Below, piece after piece: positions 39,417 through 49,592 of a stretch of DNA of 57,823 nt; positions within the stretch are counted from its first letter, which is position 1; each line of letters starts with the position of its first letter. The notes under the pieces are model-generated. The model was not told where the DNA came from. It saw only the letters and a list, made by a program, of their open reading frames with translations, and searched no databases. The DNA lies in IMG/VR virus record IMGVR_UViG_3300008954_002723, positions 1-57,823 of that record. One strand, written 5' to 3'. A program made the position numbers and the translations under genes. Source of the DNA: a virus. Its lineage: Duplodnaviria > Caudoviricetes.

Positions 39417-40031
39417 TTATGTAATATCCTCAAATTCTACAGTTTCAGTACTTAGAATCTTATCTAACATCTTTTTATCATCTAATAATTCTTTTAAATC
39501 TATGATAGTATAATCTGCCACATTATCTTTATTATAGGTATTAATTACCTTAATGGAAATTTTACCACTGGGTTTAGTTCTTAAAGTTTGGGGACTAGCA
39601 GTTATTAAAATATCTACATGATCCCATTTATCATCATAATCTCTAACAAATATAATATTATTAATTTTAGACGAAAATTTTGACAGGAAGAATAAGGTTG
39701 CGGGCTTACTATTATTTAATTCTTTACTAATAACAATTGGTGTATGACCCAAATCCTCAATTAAATTATGTAACTGATTTAAATGTTCAATAGAGTTTAA
39801 TTTAACTTCTCCTGCATGTCCGAAAATCTCTAAAGCCGCATCTACATATAAAAATGTATTTAATTCTTGGGTTCCTCCACTAAAATTAAAATGGTCTTCT
39901 AAATTTAAAGTGTCTATATTTCTTTGTGGTAATTCCTCTCCTTCATTCACAGGATAATATTTATCATACACTAATTCAAATTTAGTTATAAAATCTCTTA
40001 TAACACCGTCTATAGTTATACCTATTTTCAT
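39417..40031 (-). CDS. HAD-fold 5'(3')-deoxyribonucleotidase-like protein with degenerate catalytic motifs
   Basis: IGITIDGVIRDF (DxDG with the first Asp replaced by Thr); DILITASP in place of DILIDD. Confidence 0.65.
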   Translation of the reverse strand: MKIGITIDGVIRDFITKFELVYDKYYPVNEGEELPQRNIDTLNLEDHFNFSGGTQELNTFLYVDAALEIFGHAGEVKLNSIEHLNQLHNLIEDLGHTPIVISKELNNSKPATLFFLSKFSSKINNIIFVRDYDDKWDHVDILITASPQTLRTKPSGKISIKVINTYNKDNVADYTIIDLKELLDDKKMLDKILSTETVEFEDIT

Positions 40032-40783
40032 TTCTCTAATTTATCAAATACTTCTTCAATAAGTTTTATTATAGGGTTTCTTACCACATCCTCTGGATTA
40101 CGTAATTCCACACATCCAAACCCTTCAATATCCTTAAATTGTTCTAATACTACTTCTAAGGCAGAGTCATTTTTATTTCTAATATCTTTTTGTTTAACGT
40201 CTCCTAATATGATCATTTTGGAGTCATCTCCAATTCTAGTCATTAAGGTTCTAATATTATCTAAAGATATATTTTGGGCTTCATCAATAATAATAATAGA
40301 ATTATCTATACTTCTACCTCTCGCAAATGCAATAGGTAACACTTCAATTAATCCTACTGATCTTAATTTATGGGTACGCGCTTTACCAATTAATTTACGA
40401 AAATTATCCATAAAAGAATCAATATAAGGTTCCATTTTTTCCTCTAATGATCCTTTTAAAAACCCTATCTCTTCATTCTTTAATGTGGTTACTGATTTAA
40501 TCAATACTATTCTTTTATATTTGGCGGGATTTTTACTTTTTAATAATTTTAATGCTTGAGCACAAGATAAAAAAGTTTTGCCCGTACCTGGTAATCCACT
40601 ACATATAGTAATTTCATTTTGTTTAATAGAGTTTATTAAATGTTTTTGATTTTCCGTCTTACATTTAATATTAACTCTTAAAGTGCTTAATAAAACACTT
40701 TCTTCTTTGTTGGTTTTTTCTAAAAAATTGTTCAGTTCTTGGAGATCTTCCTCAGGAATCTCTTTAAATTTACGTCTTGCCAT
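40028..40783 (-). CDS. phoH: PhoH-family ATPase
   Basis: GLPGTGKTFLS, EIGFLKGSLEEKMEPY, ARGRS, IIDEAQN, TRIG, GDVKQKD, DVVRN. Confidence 0.95.
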   Translation of the reverse strand: MARRKFKEIPEEDLQELNNFLEKTNKEESVLLSTLRVNIKCKTENQKHLINSIKQNEITICSGLPGTGKTFLSCAQALKLLKSKNPAKYKRIVLIKSVTTLKNEEIGFLKGSLEEKMEPYIDSFMDNFRKLIGKARTHKLRSVGLIEVLPIAFARGRSIDNSIIIIDEAQNISLDNIRTLMTRIGDDSKMIILGDVKQKDIRNKNDSALEVVLEQFKDIEGFGCVELRNPEDVVRNPIIKLIEEVFDKLEK

Positions 40784-40790
40784 TAATATC

Positions 40791-41870
40791 TTAAATGTTT
40801 TTATTTAATATAGGTATATCTGGATTGAAAGTATATGTTTTTTTATAATACTTTTTAATAATTTCTTTTATCCGTTTCGCACTATTACCATCCCATACAA
40901 AAGGAGTAGAATATTGTGGAACCGGAGATTCCCACATATTAGGTGTCATTATTGTTGGATTTTTGCATAAAATATTAGCCCCTACCTTAACACTTAAGAT
41001 ATGTTCAGTAGTGGGTCGGATAGTAATTATGCGTTTGCCGATGGCGGCACATTCTGATTGAACTCCTCCTGAATCAGATATTACAAATTCGGAGTATTTT
41101 AAGTGGGTAATGAAATCTTTATATCCCAATGGATCAATTAATTTTATATTAGTTGGGAGAGGAAATAATTGTTTAAGTGTTTTTAGAGTGCGTGGATGAA
41201 TAGGGAAAATAATAGGGTATGGAATTTCACCTAATTTAGTAATAATTGTTTTTAATGTTTTTATATTATCTACATTAAAAGGTCGATGTAGAGTACATAA
41301 AACGAATTTATTTGTATATGGTGATTCACCAACAGTATTGTAAATTTTTTTAAAGGTGTCTATGGCAGTATTACCTACCATAAAAACATTTTCATTTATC
41401 CCTTCATTACTTAAATTTTCCACACTTTCTTCATCACAACATAATAATATATCTGCGATATTATCTACAATAATTCGGTTTATTTCTTCAGGCATTTTTC
41501 TATCAAAACTTCTAGATCCCGATTCTACATGAATGATTGGTATATGTAATTTACTGGCTGCCAATGCCCCTGCTAATGTAGCAGTAACATCTCCGTAAAC
41601 TATAACTCCATTAGGTTTTTCTTTTTCTAAAATATTAGAAATTGCTATGAGACATTTTCCCGTATCTTCCGATTGGGATCCACCACCAATACTTAAGAGA
41701 TAATCGGGAGGAGATAAAGATAAATCGTTAAAAAATATATCCGACATGTTAATGTCATAATGTTGCCCAGTATGAATAACTATATTTTTATATTCTTTAT
41801 TTAATTCTTCTATTACAGAAGATAATTTCATAAAATTTGGTCTAGTACCTACAACATGTATAAATTTCAT
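40791..41870 (-). CDS. wecB: Non-hydrolysing UDP-GlcNAc 2-epimerase (WecB/WbpI-like)
   Basis: VGTRPNFMK, HTGQHYD, VYGDV, HVESGSRSFDRKMPEEINR, TLHRP, SDSGGVQ. Confidence 0.92.
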   Translation of the reverse strand: MKFIHVVGTRPNFMKLSSVIEELNKEYKNIVIHTGQHYDINMSDIFFNDLSLSPPDYLLSIGGGSQSEDTGKCLIAISNILEKEKPNGVIVYGDVTATLAGALAASKLHIPIIHVESGSRSFDRKMPEEINRIIVDNIADILLCCDEESVENLSNEGINENVFMVGNTAIDTFKKIYNTVGESPYTNKFVLCTLHRPFNVDNIKTLKTIITKLGEIPYPIIFPIHPRTLKTLKQLFPLPTNIKLIDPLGYKDFITHLKYSEFVISDSGGVQSECAAIGKRIITIRPTTEHILSVKVGANILCKNPTIMTPNMWESPVPQYSTPFVWDGNSAKRIKEIIKKYYKKTYTFNPDIPILNKNI

Positions 41871-42940
41871 ATACTATATTCCTTTTGTGGGGAAAAATTA
41901 TTTTTTTTATCTCTTATCTTATAAATTCTATTAATAATTTCTACTACTTTTAAACCTTCTAATGCATTATTACTTATTTCACTTTCCCCTTTTAGGGTGT
42001 CTACCACGTTTTGGATAACATAATGATGATTGGCGGCACTCCCTTTATAATCTCCATAATCATTAGGTGGATTGGCGGGTGGGAGTTGAGGCATTTCATA
42101 ATCTTTTATATTACAATACTCTACTTCATTCATATATTGACCACCAACCTTAACACTACCTTTACTACCAACAATGGTAATACTACTTTCTAAATTTTCA
42201 TCCCATACGGCAGTAGAATAATTTAAACTACCCATCCCTCCTTCTAAAAAGTCAAAAGATACAAAACCTGAATCTTCAAAATCCGTACTGTGCTTATGAG
42301 TAAAATCCTGGAATTTTCCCTGTATATTTTTAATATCCCCAAATAACCAATACATAATATCTATAAAATGAGAAAATTGTGTGAATAGAGTTCCCCCATC
42401 TAAATCCTGAGTCCCTTTCCAACCACCTTCTTTATAATATCTCTCGTCACGATTCCAATAACAATTAACCTGCACCATAAATACATCACCTATTATTTTC
42501 TCTGACACAATCTTTTTTAACCATGTACTGGGAGGGGAATATCTGTTTTGCATCACCCCAAAAACATAACAATTATTTTTTAAGGCATGAAATAAAACAT
42601 TCTCACAATCATATTTTTTTAAACCCAAAGGTTTTTCAATAACTACATGTTTTTTATGGTGGAGTAACTGAATAGCTTGTTGTGAATGTAATCCATTGGG
42701 TGTACAAACACATACAATATCTATTTCAGGATGATTATTTAACATTTCATCAATAGTCAAATAAAAAGGAATTTTATTAAACAAAGTAGAACTTACTTTA
42801 TTTTTAGGTAATATATCACAAAATGCAATTAGGTTAGTATCTTCATTATTTAAAATCATACTTCCATGTCTTTTACCAATATGTCCCGCACCTACTATTG
42901 CGAAATTGGTTTTATTGTTGGTATTATCGTATTTTTCCAT
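41867..42940 (-). CDS. Gfo/Idh/MocA oxidoreductase (WbpB/WlbA-like UDP-GlcNAcA 3-dehydrogenase)
   Basis: GAGHIG, CTPNGLH, IEKP, QNRY, WNRDERYY, DGGTLFTQFSHFID. Confidence 0.85.
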   Translation of the reverse strand: MEKYDNTNNKTNFAIVGAGHIGKRHGSMILNNEDTNLIAFCDILPKNKVSSTLFNKIPFYLTIDEMLNNHPEIDIVCVCTPNGLHSQQAIQLLHHKKHVVIEKPLGLKKYDCENVLFHALKNNCYVFGVMQNRYSPPSTWLKKIVSEKIIGDVFMVQVNCYWNRDERYYKEGGWKGTQDLDGGTLFTQFSHFIDIMYWLFGDIKNIQGKFQDFTHKHSTDFEDSGFVSFDFLEGGMGSLNYSTAVWDENLESSITIVGSKGSVKVGGQYMNEVEYCNIKDYEMPQLPPANPPNDYGDYKGSAANHHYVIQNVVDTLKGESEISNNALEGLKVVEIINRIYKIRDKKNNFSPQKEYSI

Positions 42941-43778
42941 ATCTTTTTAATTTATATTCTTCTTTTCTACTTAAAGGTTTAGGTGAAGGAACCTTAAATT
43001 TATTATTATAAAATTGTGTTTTTAATTTTTCTATTATTTCTTCTGGTAATATATTATCAAGTGTTTGGGAGGCGGATGTAAATAACATTCCCATCTTACC
43101 ACTTTTTATTACATATCGTGCGGATCTTTTTTTTGAAATTTTATTAGCTCCATCGGTATGTAACCCTAATAAGGGTGTAGGGTGTCGATATCTGGGTTTA
43201 ATATTTTGTTGTGACCTTATCCACCCATCAATATTTTTAACTGGCCACGGACCTTTTAATTTTTTTATATAAGAAGTTTTAGTACCCATAAATAAACCGG
43301 TTTGTGCTGGATTATTTTTATAAGTTGCCCTTTTAAAAGTAAATAAATGTAAAAATAACCCAACTCCAATATCTACCCAATTAAAATTGTTTAATAATTT
43401 ATCATGAGTAAATTGTAATCTATTGGCGGGTGAATAATTATCTGAGGCACATAATAAAAATGAAGTACCTTTAGCGTGGTTGGCTATAATTACCCATTTT
43501 CTTGATAATGGAATACGTGTTGATAGTTCAATATAAACAATCCTCTTGCAACCTACTTGTGTAAGTCTCTCTATATAAGGAAGTATTCCTTCGGGACTAA
43601 AATATCCCTTACTTGGTTCCTCACATATAATTAATTCCCAATTATATTGTGTTTCTTGTCTACATAAACTCTCTAGTTGTAACCATATAATATTTTTATT
43701 TTCCCAAGTGGGCAATGCCACACATATATCTATAGTATTTCCACTTAGGTTTAATATTTCATGTATTTTTTTACTCAT
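42924..43778 (-). CDS. GT-A-like glycosyltransferase, paralog A
   Basis: VALPTW...LESLCRQET...WELIICEE...LCASDNYS; paralog of 49593-50366. Confidence 0.7.
   Translation of the reverse strand: MSKKIHEILNLSGNTIDICVALPTWENKNIIWLQLESLCRQETQYNWELIICEEPSKGYFSPEGILPYIERLTQVGCKRIVYIELSTRIPLSRKWVIIANHAKGTSFLLCASDNYSPANRLQFTHDKLLNNFNWVDIGVGLFLHLFTFKRATYKNNPAQTGLFMGTKTSYIKKLKGPWPVKNIDGWIRSQQNIKPRYRHPTPLLGLHTDGANKISKKRSARYVIKSGKMGMLFTSASQTLDNILPEEIIEKLKTQFYNNKFKVPSPKPLSRKEEYKLKRYGKIR
43651..43712. repeat. 62-bp perfect direct repeat, copy 1 (copy 2 at 50245-50306)
   Basis: GTTTCTTGTCTACATAAACTCTCTAGTTGTAACCATATAATATTTTTATTTTCCCAAGTGGG is identical in both GT paralogs. Confidence 0.9.
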
Positions 43779-44671
43779 GTTAACTTTTTAAATTTATTTG
43801 CTTCCATCAAAAAATAATTTTCACCAGTTAATTTATATAACATTTTTAATTGGTGGATATGAATTTGGTGATAAGGATTACTTTTAACTTTATGTTTTAG
43901 ACAATAAAAACTTCCTTTACTATTATTTCTAAATTTACTAATATATTTTTCTATAGTAGTAATAGAGGCATTTAATAATAACAAAGTTTCTTCGGTAGGG
44001 TTTAACCAATAGTAATCATATAAACCAAAAATCCCAAAAATGAATCCATTTAAAGTATTACATGGTTGTTCCATAGGATATTCTTCAATCCAATAATAAT
44101 TATTTTTATCCACATATACTACCCAAGGATCATAATATTCTTTTAAATTTTTAAAAGAATTAAAAATTAAGTCCGCATTTTTTTTATAAAGAGGTTCTTT
44201 AGTAGTATTATACATTCTAACCATTAGAGATAATATTTGTCCTTGGGACATTCCAGAGTACCATGGAGATTTTAATTTTTGATTTTTAATACCATGTAAA
44301 TTATAATTAAAATTATAGGGAAAATAAAGTGCATCATTAATTAACTGAGAATTTTCTATTATTTTTTTTGTAAATTTTTTAACCCGTAACAGATATTCTT
44401 CATTATTAGTAAGATGATAACTAAATAGATATCTAAAACATTGTTGGGTTATTCTCACTGGGGTATAACCCATATTTTTATTTTTAATGGGAAATCCTTC
44501 GATATCTTTGGGGTATTTTTTATTGGCGTAACTCCTACCCATTTTACCTAATGGGGTTATATTCCCTTTATCGGTGGGTTGTAAATTATTACTACTTTCC
44601 TTATCGGGAAAATCCCAATAATTGGTTTTTAAAATATTATAATTTTTATTTATAATTTTTTCTTTAATCAT
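43775..44671 (-). CDS. D-glucuronyl C5-epimerase family protein
   Basis: WYSGMSQGQILSLMVRMY, WIEEYP...LNGFIFGIFGLYDY, YHQIHIHQL parallel GLCE C-terminal motifs (WYSAMAQGQ, EEYP, LNGF, YHxxHIxQL). Confidence 0.88.
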   Translation of the reverse strand: MIKEKIINKNYNILKTNYWDFPDKESSNNLQPTDKGNITPLGKMGRSYANKKYPKDIEGFPIKNKNMGYTPVRITQQCFRYLFSYHLTNNEEYLLRVKKFTKKIIENSQLINDALYFPYNFNYNLHGIKNQKLKSPWYSGMSQGQILSLMVRMYNTTKEPLYKKNADLIFNSFKNLKEYYDPWVVYVDKNNYYWIEEYPMEQPCNTLNGFIFGIFGLYDYYWLNPTEETLLLLNASITTIEKYISKFRNNSKGSFYCLKHKVKSNPYHQIHIHQLKMLYKLTGENYFLMEANKFKKLT

Positions 44672-45489
44672 TATTTTTTAATTTTTAACCAATCTTTATC
44701 ATCTACTAAATATTCTAATACTTTTTCCCTTAAACTACTATCCTTTTCACCAATTGTTTTTCTTTCATCTGTAATATAATTTTTAATATCTTCTATACTC
44801 GACCACTGTAGTACATGTGGACCATTTATAACATTACTTATTACCTTTAACCCACATAACCCCATTTCTATAACACCTCCAGCGCCACCGCCACCTGGAG
44901 ATAAACCTAACCCAATAAAGCATTCTTTATAAAAATTTATTCCTACTTCTTTTTTCCATTTTTGTAAATCTATTACTCCATTAGTGGTGGGGTTTAATAA
45001 AAGAAGATCTTTTTTCACTTTTAATTCTTGAATTATATTCATACCGTAATAGTTTAATATTGCAGGTGAAAGTTTTACCTTTTTTCTATTATGAGTAGGC
45101 ATATAAGAAAAAATTTTATTACCTTTTTTTATGGGATTAAAATTATTTTTTTCATAAAAACTTCTTATAGGGGGGATGATCTCACAATGTATTCCTATTT
45201 TTTTTAAGTGAGATGGTACAAAATTTAAACACGTAATATGTCGAATATTAGGGTGACTCGCAATAAATTTAAGTGGAATCTGATTAAATTGGTTATAGGA
45301 ATCCACCCCACACCAAACTATAGTTAGATGTGATTTACATTTTTTAATAATTTTACCATCTATCTTATTATAAACCCCAAATATTATTAAAGGCTCATTA
45401 AAATTAATTTTACTTTTTAATTTAAAATGATTAACAAAATTAAAAGACTTCATTGATGCTGAGTTATATCCTTGTTTAAAATATTCCAT
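44671..45489 (-). CDS. Probable GT-B-like glycosyltransferase
   Basis: IVWCGVDS...FYKECFIGLGLSPGGGGAGGVIEMGLCGLKVISN resembles a GT-B C-terminal signature. Confidence 0.5.
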   Translation of the reverse strand: MEYFKQGYNSASMKSFNFVNHFKLKSKINFNEPLIIFGVYNKIDGKIIKKCKSHLTIVWCGVDSYNQFNQIPLKFIASHPNIRHITCLNFVPSHLKKIGIHCEIIPPIRSFYEKNNFNPIKKGNKIFSYMPTHNRKKVKLSPAILNYYGMNIIQELKVKKDLLLLNPTTNGVIDLQKWKKEVGINFYKECFIGLGLSPGGGGAGGVIEMGLCGLKVISNVINGPHVLQWSSIEDIKNYITDERKTIGEKDSSLREKVLEYLVDDKDWLKIKK

Positions 45490-46683
45490 TTATTTACCTT
45501 TTTCACATACTAAATATATACTCGAACATAAATCTGGGTATTGTTGTCCTAAAGAATAACATCCATCTAAATATTCTTTTGAGATAATATCTGTTTTTAA
45601 CAATTGGTCCCATTGGAAATTGGCCAGAGCCTTAAAGAATATTCCCGAGCGATGAATTATTTTTAGTCCACTTAATGAAGCGTCTCTTTCTAGAGTATCT
45701 AAGGAATATGTAATTCTATGTCCATGTTTTTCTTCCGAAGGAGTAATAGCACTATTATGAGGTATTAATCCCATTTTTACAGCAATTTGTCTTGAGGGAG
45801 CATTTGCATTAGGACATACTATAAATAATCTGCCCTCATCACTTAACCACTCGTCGTTTATTTTTTTTAAAATCTTAACAGGATCATCTAAATGTTCTAA
45901 AACATGAGTTAGTATAATATTATCATATTTAGTAGGTAAAACGGCTTCTTCAAATAATGAATTAACATATTTAACATTATGACCACAAAAATAAACTGAG
46001 TTATGGTCCATTTCTTCATAATTTAAACCATTAAGTCCTCTAGCTTCTTTTATTGCTTCGTTAGAAGCTTCTACACACGTTATATCATCAAAATAAGGGG
46101 TGAGTCTTTTTGTAAAATCTCCTTTAAAACTCCCTAATTCAAGTAAATTCCCTTTAACAGAAAAGGGAAGGAAGGATTTTAACATATAAGGGTGCATTAC
46201 ATCAAAATCAAAGTTATAAGCATATTTGTGGTCTTCAGTATCTTTTAATTCTTTATTATAGTCTCTAAGATTTTGCTCCAGTATTATTGTCTTATCCTTC
46301 ATATCATATAATTTATAGTTATGTTTTTTGTATAGTTTAATTGCTTTTTCATTTTCTTTAAAAACTTCTAATCTTATTTTACTATACTTTTTATATTGAA
46401 AATATTCACTACATTCCTTTAATAATTGGCTAGCAATACCTTTTTGTTTATAATTAGGGTCAACACTAACATTAGTAATCCATCCTATTTTATCTTTTTT
46501 AATATCATAAGCGGCAATCAAACCAATTAACTTACTATCTTCATGTTTAGTAAATAATATGGCATTCTTATGGAGTTTTTCAGCATATTCCCCAATATTA
46601 GTATAACTATCTAAAGGCGGGATGAACGTTGGCGAACAAACATCTAAATGTTTTTTTATTGTATCTATATCCATTATATTCAT
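45490..46683 (-). CDS. GNAT acetyltransferase-class I SAM methyltransferase fusion
   Basis: VSVDPNYKQKGIASQLL...NEKAIKLYKKHNY (GNAT); LELGSFKG, HVLEHLDDP, IVCPN (MTase). Confidence 0.85.
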   Translation of the reverse strand: MNIMDIDTIKKHLDVCSPTFIPPLDSYTNIGEYAEKLHKNAILFTKHEDSKLIGLIAAYDIKKDKIGWITNVSVDPNYKQKGIASQLLKECSEYFQYKKYSKIRLEVFKENEKAIKLYKKHNYKLYDMKDKTIILEQNLRDYNKELKDTEDHKYAYNFDFDVMHPYMLKSFLPFSVKGNLLELGSFKGDFTKRLTPYFDDITCVEASNEAIKEARGLNGLNYEEMDHNSVYFCGHNVKYVNSLFEEAVLPTKYDNIILTHVLEHLDDPVKILKKINDEWLSDEGRLFIVCPNANAPSRQIAVKMGLIPHNSAITPSEEKHGHRITYSLDTLERDASLSGLKIIHRSGIFFKALANFQWDQLLKTDIISKEYLDGCYSLGQQYPDLCSSIYLVCEKGK

Positions 46684-47642
46684 TTTTCTAAAATTGCCAA
46701 ACCAAAACCAAATCTACCAAAGTCATTACCATTATATAACATATAATGATTATTTTCTACTTCAAAAACATGAGGATAATGTTGCATTTGTGAATCCCAA
46801 CCAGTTTCGGAATATCCAATACCTCCAACATCATCTTCCCTACGCCAATTATATTTATCAACAGATGTCGCATACCCTATTTTATAACCCCTACCTTTAA
46901 TTTCTCTAAATTCTAAACCCTCTCTATAGACAAAATACATATGATATTTACCACCATAATAAAACACATCAGGACCAGCCTGACATTCATATTTACCTAA
47001 CCTATCTTCTATAATGTTTCTATCCTCTCTATCCCATTTTATCCCATCTGTAGAGGTTGCCATTTTATTTTTATAAATGATTTCCATTTTACCATCATTA
47101 TTGACCCATTCTGTCCCTGCTAAATAATACAAATACCACTTACCATCAAATATCCTAACTTTAGGGCCACTAATAACATAAGGTTCATTAATATCTGCAG
47201 ATAATATGGGACCAGTACCAACCCTATTAAATGTCTCACCACCATCTTGACTTATTGCCAAACCTATGGACGTATTAAAAGGTACTGACTTACATCTAGA
47301 CCACCCAGCATAATATAACCTAATACTGTCACCATCCCTAATAACTGAAGTAGGATAAACGGCATTCTCGTCAAAACTACCCGCACCTCCTAATGGTAAA
47401 ATAGGTTTTTCGGATACTCTTATAATTTTAGTTAAATCTCCCCTATCTAAATCTAAAAATGTAGTATGAGATGTTGCCTGCCCATCATTATCTTTAGGTG
47501 GTCTACATGAAAAATAAACTCTAACAAAATTATCAAAAACTAATGCGGAAGTGCATTGTGAATGACTATACATCCACTCTCTTTTAATCCCATCGTTCCA
47601 TATTTGAGGATTGAATATCTGCCCTATTTTTTTCCATTTCAT
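46680..47642 (-). CDS. Five-bladed beta-propeller glycosidase-like protein (GH32/GH43/GH130 clan)
   Basis: Asp-box-like SQDGGETF, STDGIKW, SVDKYNW; YMLYNGNDFG. Confidence 0.75.
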   Translation of the reverse strand: MKWKKIGQIFNPQIWNDGIKREWMYSHSQCTSALVFDNFVRVYFSCRPPKDNDGQATSHTTFLDLDRGDLTKIIRVSEKPILPLGGAGSFDENAVYPTSVIRDGDSIRLYYAGWSRCKSVPFNTSIGLAISQDGGETFNRVGTGPILSADINEPYVISGPKVRIFDGKWYLYYLAGTEWVNNDGKMEIIYKNKMATSTDGIKWDREDRNIIEDRLGKYECQAGPDVFYYGGKYHMYFVYREGLEFREIKGRGYKIGYATSVDKYNWRREDDVGGIGYSETGWDSQMQHYPHVFEVENNHYMLYNGNDFGRFGFGLAILEK

Positions 47643-48346
47643 ACTAATGTGTAATTATTTAAATGTTCTTTTAATTGTTCTTTAGAGTTAAACATCATCA
47701 AATCAATAATAGAAAGCCAAGGTACGAAAACATTATCAAATTGTCCATATCTAACATCTCCTGTTTTGATAAAATTTAACTTTAAATTATGACTATGGAA
47801 TATTTCTTTAGAATATAACTCTAGCCCTCCTATTGCATTAATATAAACACTGGCCTTTTGTGCCTTACAAATCTCAATAACTTTATTTTGAGATCTCAAA
47901 GAATGATTCATATCTACTGTTGATGAGATGATAATTTTCGTTTCAACACCTAAGTATTTACATAAATTATTCACACTATTATATATGAATTTAAATAAGT
48001 TACTGTCCTCATACATGATACATTTTTCAATAATCGAATAGGCAGAGTCAAAATATTTAGCTTTCCTATATGATGACAAAATGAGGTTTAATATTTTTTG
48101 TCTGTCTTTTTCCCACGATAGGGATAATTGTCTATCCGAGACATCTAAAAAATCAGAATCTTTTTTTATAGGTAAAGTTATAATTCTATCTCTCCCATTA
48201 CATAAAATTCTATTCCTATTGATAAAACCCCTTTTTGTATATTGTATATTATCATAAATCACAAATTCGTCTACAGAATTAATTAACTGAAAATACCCAA
48301 TATATGGGAAGAAATAAGGTTGCATTATTGCCACTTTTTTATCCAT
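47639..48346 (-). CDS. WbqC-like protein
   Basis: AIMQPYFFPYIGYFQLI...DNIQY...INRNRI...YINAIGG...LSIIDLM; likely start MDKKV. Confidence 0.9.
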   Translation of the reverse strand: MDKKVAIMQPYFFPYIGYFQLINSVDEFVIYDNIQYTKRGFINRNRILCNGRDRIITLPIKKDSDFLDVSDRQLSLSWEKDRQKILNLILSSYRKAKYFDSAYSIIEKCIMYEDSNLFKFIYNSVNNLCKYLGVETKIIISSTVDMNHSLRSQNKVIEICKAQKASVYINAIGGLELYSKEIFHSHNLKLNFIKTGDVRYGQFDNVFVPWLSIIDLMMFNSKEQLKEHLNNYTLV

Positions 48347-48974
48347 TAGGGTTTGTATAAATTTTAAATTTAGAAAGATCCGGATAACTAATCTCTTTAT
48401 CCTCATTTATTTTAGGGGTTTCTCCATCATAAAATTGTTTCATCAATAATAATCCTCGGGTTGCCAATTCCGGTAACATATAAAAATTCCACCCAATCAT
48501 GTCAAAATGATCATCATGATAGGAACATTCTCTTCTTCCACTATATCGAGCTCTTCTAAACCATAAATAAGCATCATGATCATCGGTTAATATTGCGCCC
48601 CCTTTAGAGAGGTGTAAATGTTTATAAGGCCCTGTAAAAGATAAACACATTAAAGTATCTTTTATATACATATTATATGTAAATCTTAAAGCGGCATCCC
48701 ATACCCTAGTTGGTTTTAGTTGATAGGCGCCTTTTAATGACTTACCTTTAATTTTTTCAAATTTAACTTTTCCTCCTGCATGAATAATTTCACAAGGCAC
48801 TGAAGGATAAGTTCGATTAGGGATGATAATTTCTTTACCTTTAATATTTTCATACATTAAAGATAAAAAAATGGCATTACTTGCGTTATCTACTGCTATG
48901 GCATAGGGTGCACCTGTATATTTACATATTTCCTCTTCGAACTCATCAGTTATATTATATATTCCTATTGACAT
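48339..48974 (-). CDS. Short DegT/DnrJ/EryC1/StrS PLP-dependent sugar aminotransferase
   Basis: FEEEICKYTGAPYAIAVDNASNAI, WDAA, LSFTGPYKHL (PLP Lys), GGAILTDD, GWNFYM. Confidence 0.8.
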   Translation of the reverse strand: MSIGIYNITDEFEEEICKYTGAPYAIAVDNASNAIFLSLMYENIKGKEIIIPNRTYPSVPCEIIHAGGKVKFEKIKGKSLKGAYQLKPTRVWDAALRFTYNMYIKDTLMCLSFTGPYKHLHLSKGGAILTDDHDAYLWFRRARYSGRRECSYHDDHFDMIGWNFYMLPELATRGLLLMKQFYDGETPKINEDKEISYPDLSKFKIYTNPNG

Positions 48975-48983
48975 ATTTTATAT

Positions 48984-49589
48984 TTATTGAGATTTATTTT
49001 TATGGGGGAATGAAATGTTAGGGATGGCGCATTCCAAAAAATCACATATTTTTTCCCATCCATCACCTTCTTCAAAATCCATAATTAATAATTTATTTTT
49101 TTTGTTTTTAAAATATTTTTTAATATTATCATTATGATTATTATAAACTTTAATATATTTTTCCTTAGCTTCGGTAATAGTAGGTGCATCATTATCAAAC
49201 ATTTGTAAATGATATTTTTGCATTGCGTCTTTATTAACACCTTTTTGTCCAGTTTTTATGTTACCTTTAAAAATAGAAGTACTATTACCATAAAATCTAA
49301 CTATAGAATCAAACCATTTTTCTTCTTTTCTGATAGTAAGAATAAATTGGGACTCTTTATAATATTTATCCATCTTTTTATATACATCGGGAAAAAACCA
49401 AGGATAATCCGCAAAACACTTATATTTTTTTGCATAATCATAAATTTTATTTTCTTCACCATTATAATAATATTCTGATAATTTTCTATCTATAGGGCAA
49501 TATGGTTTAATGTTGAGAATATTAAATATTTCTCTTAGGGTGGTCGTTCCGGTTTTATTAAATCCAATGCCAATAATTTTTTTATTCAT
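48984..49589 (-). CDS. PAPS-dependent sulfotransferase family protein
   Basis: 5'-PSB loop GFNKTGTTTL; DYPW; 3'-PB FILTIRKEEKWFDS; GWEKICDFL; FPHKN. Confidence 0.85.
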   Translation of the reverse strand: MNKKIIGIGFNKTGTTTLREIFNILNIKPYCPIDRKLSEYYYNGEENKIYDYAKKYKCFADYPWFFPDVYKKMDKYYKESQFILTIRKEEKWFDSIVRFYGNSTSIFKGNIKTGQKGVNKDAMQKYHLQMFDNDAPTITEAKEKYIKVYNNHNDNIKKYFKNKKNKLLIMDFEEGDGWEKICDFLECAIPNISFPHKNKSQ

Positions 49590-49592
49590 CCT

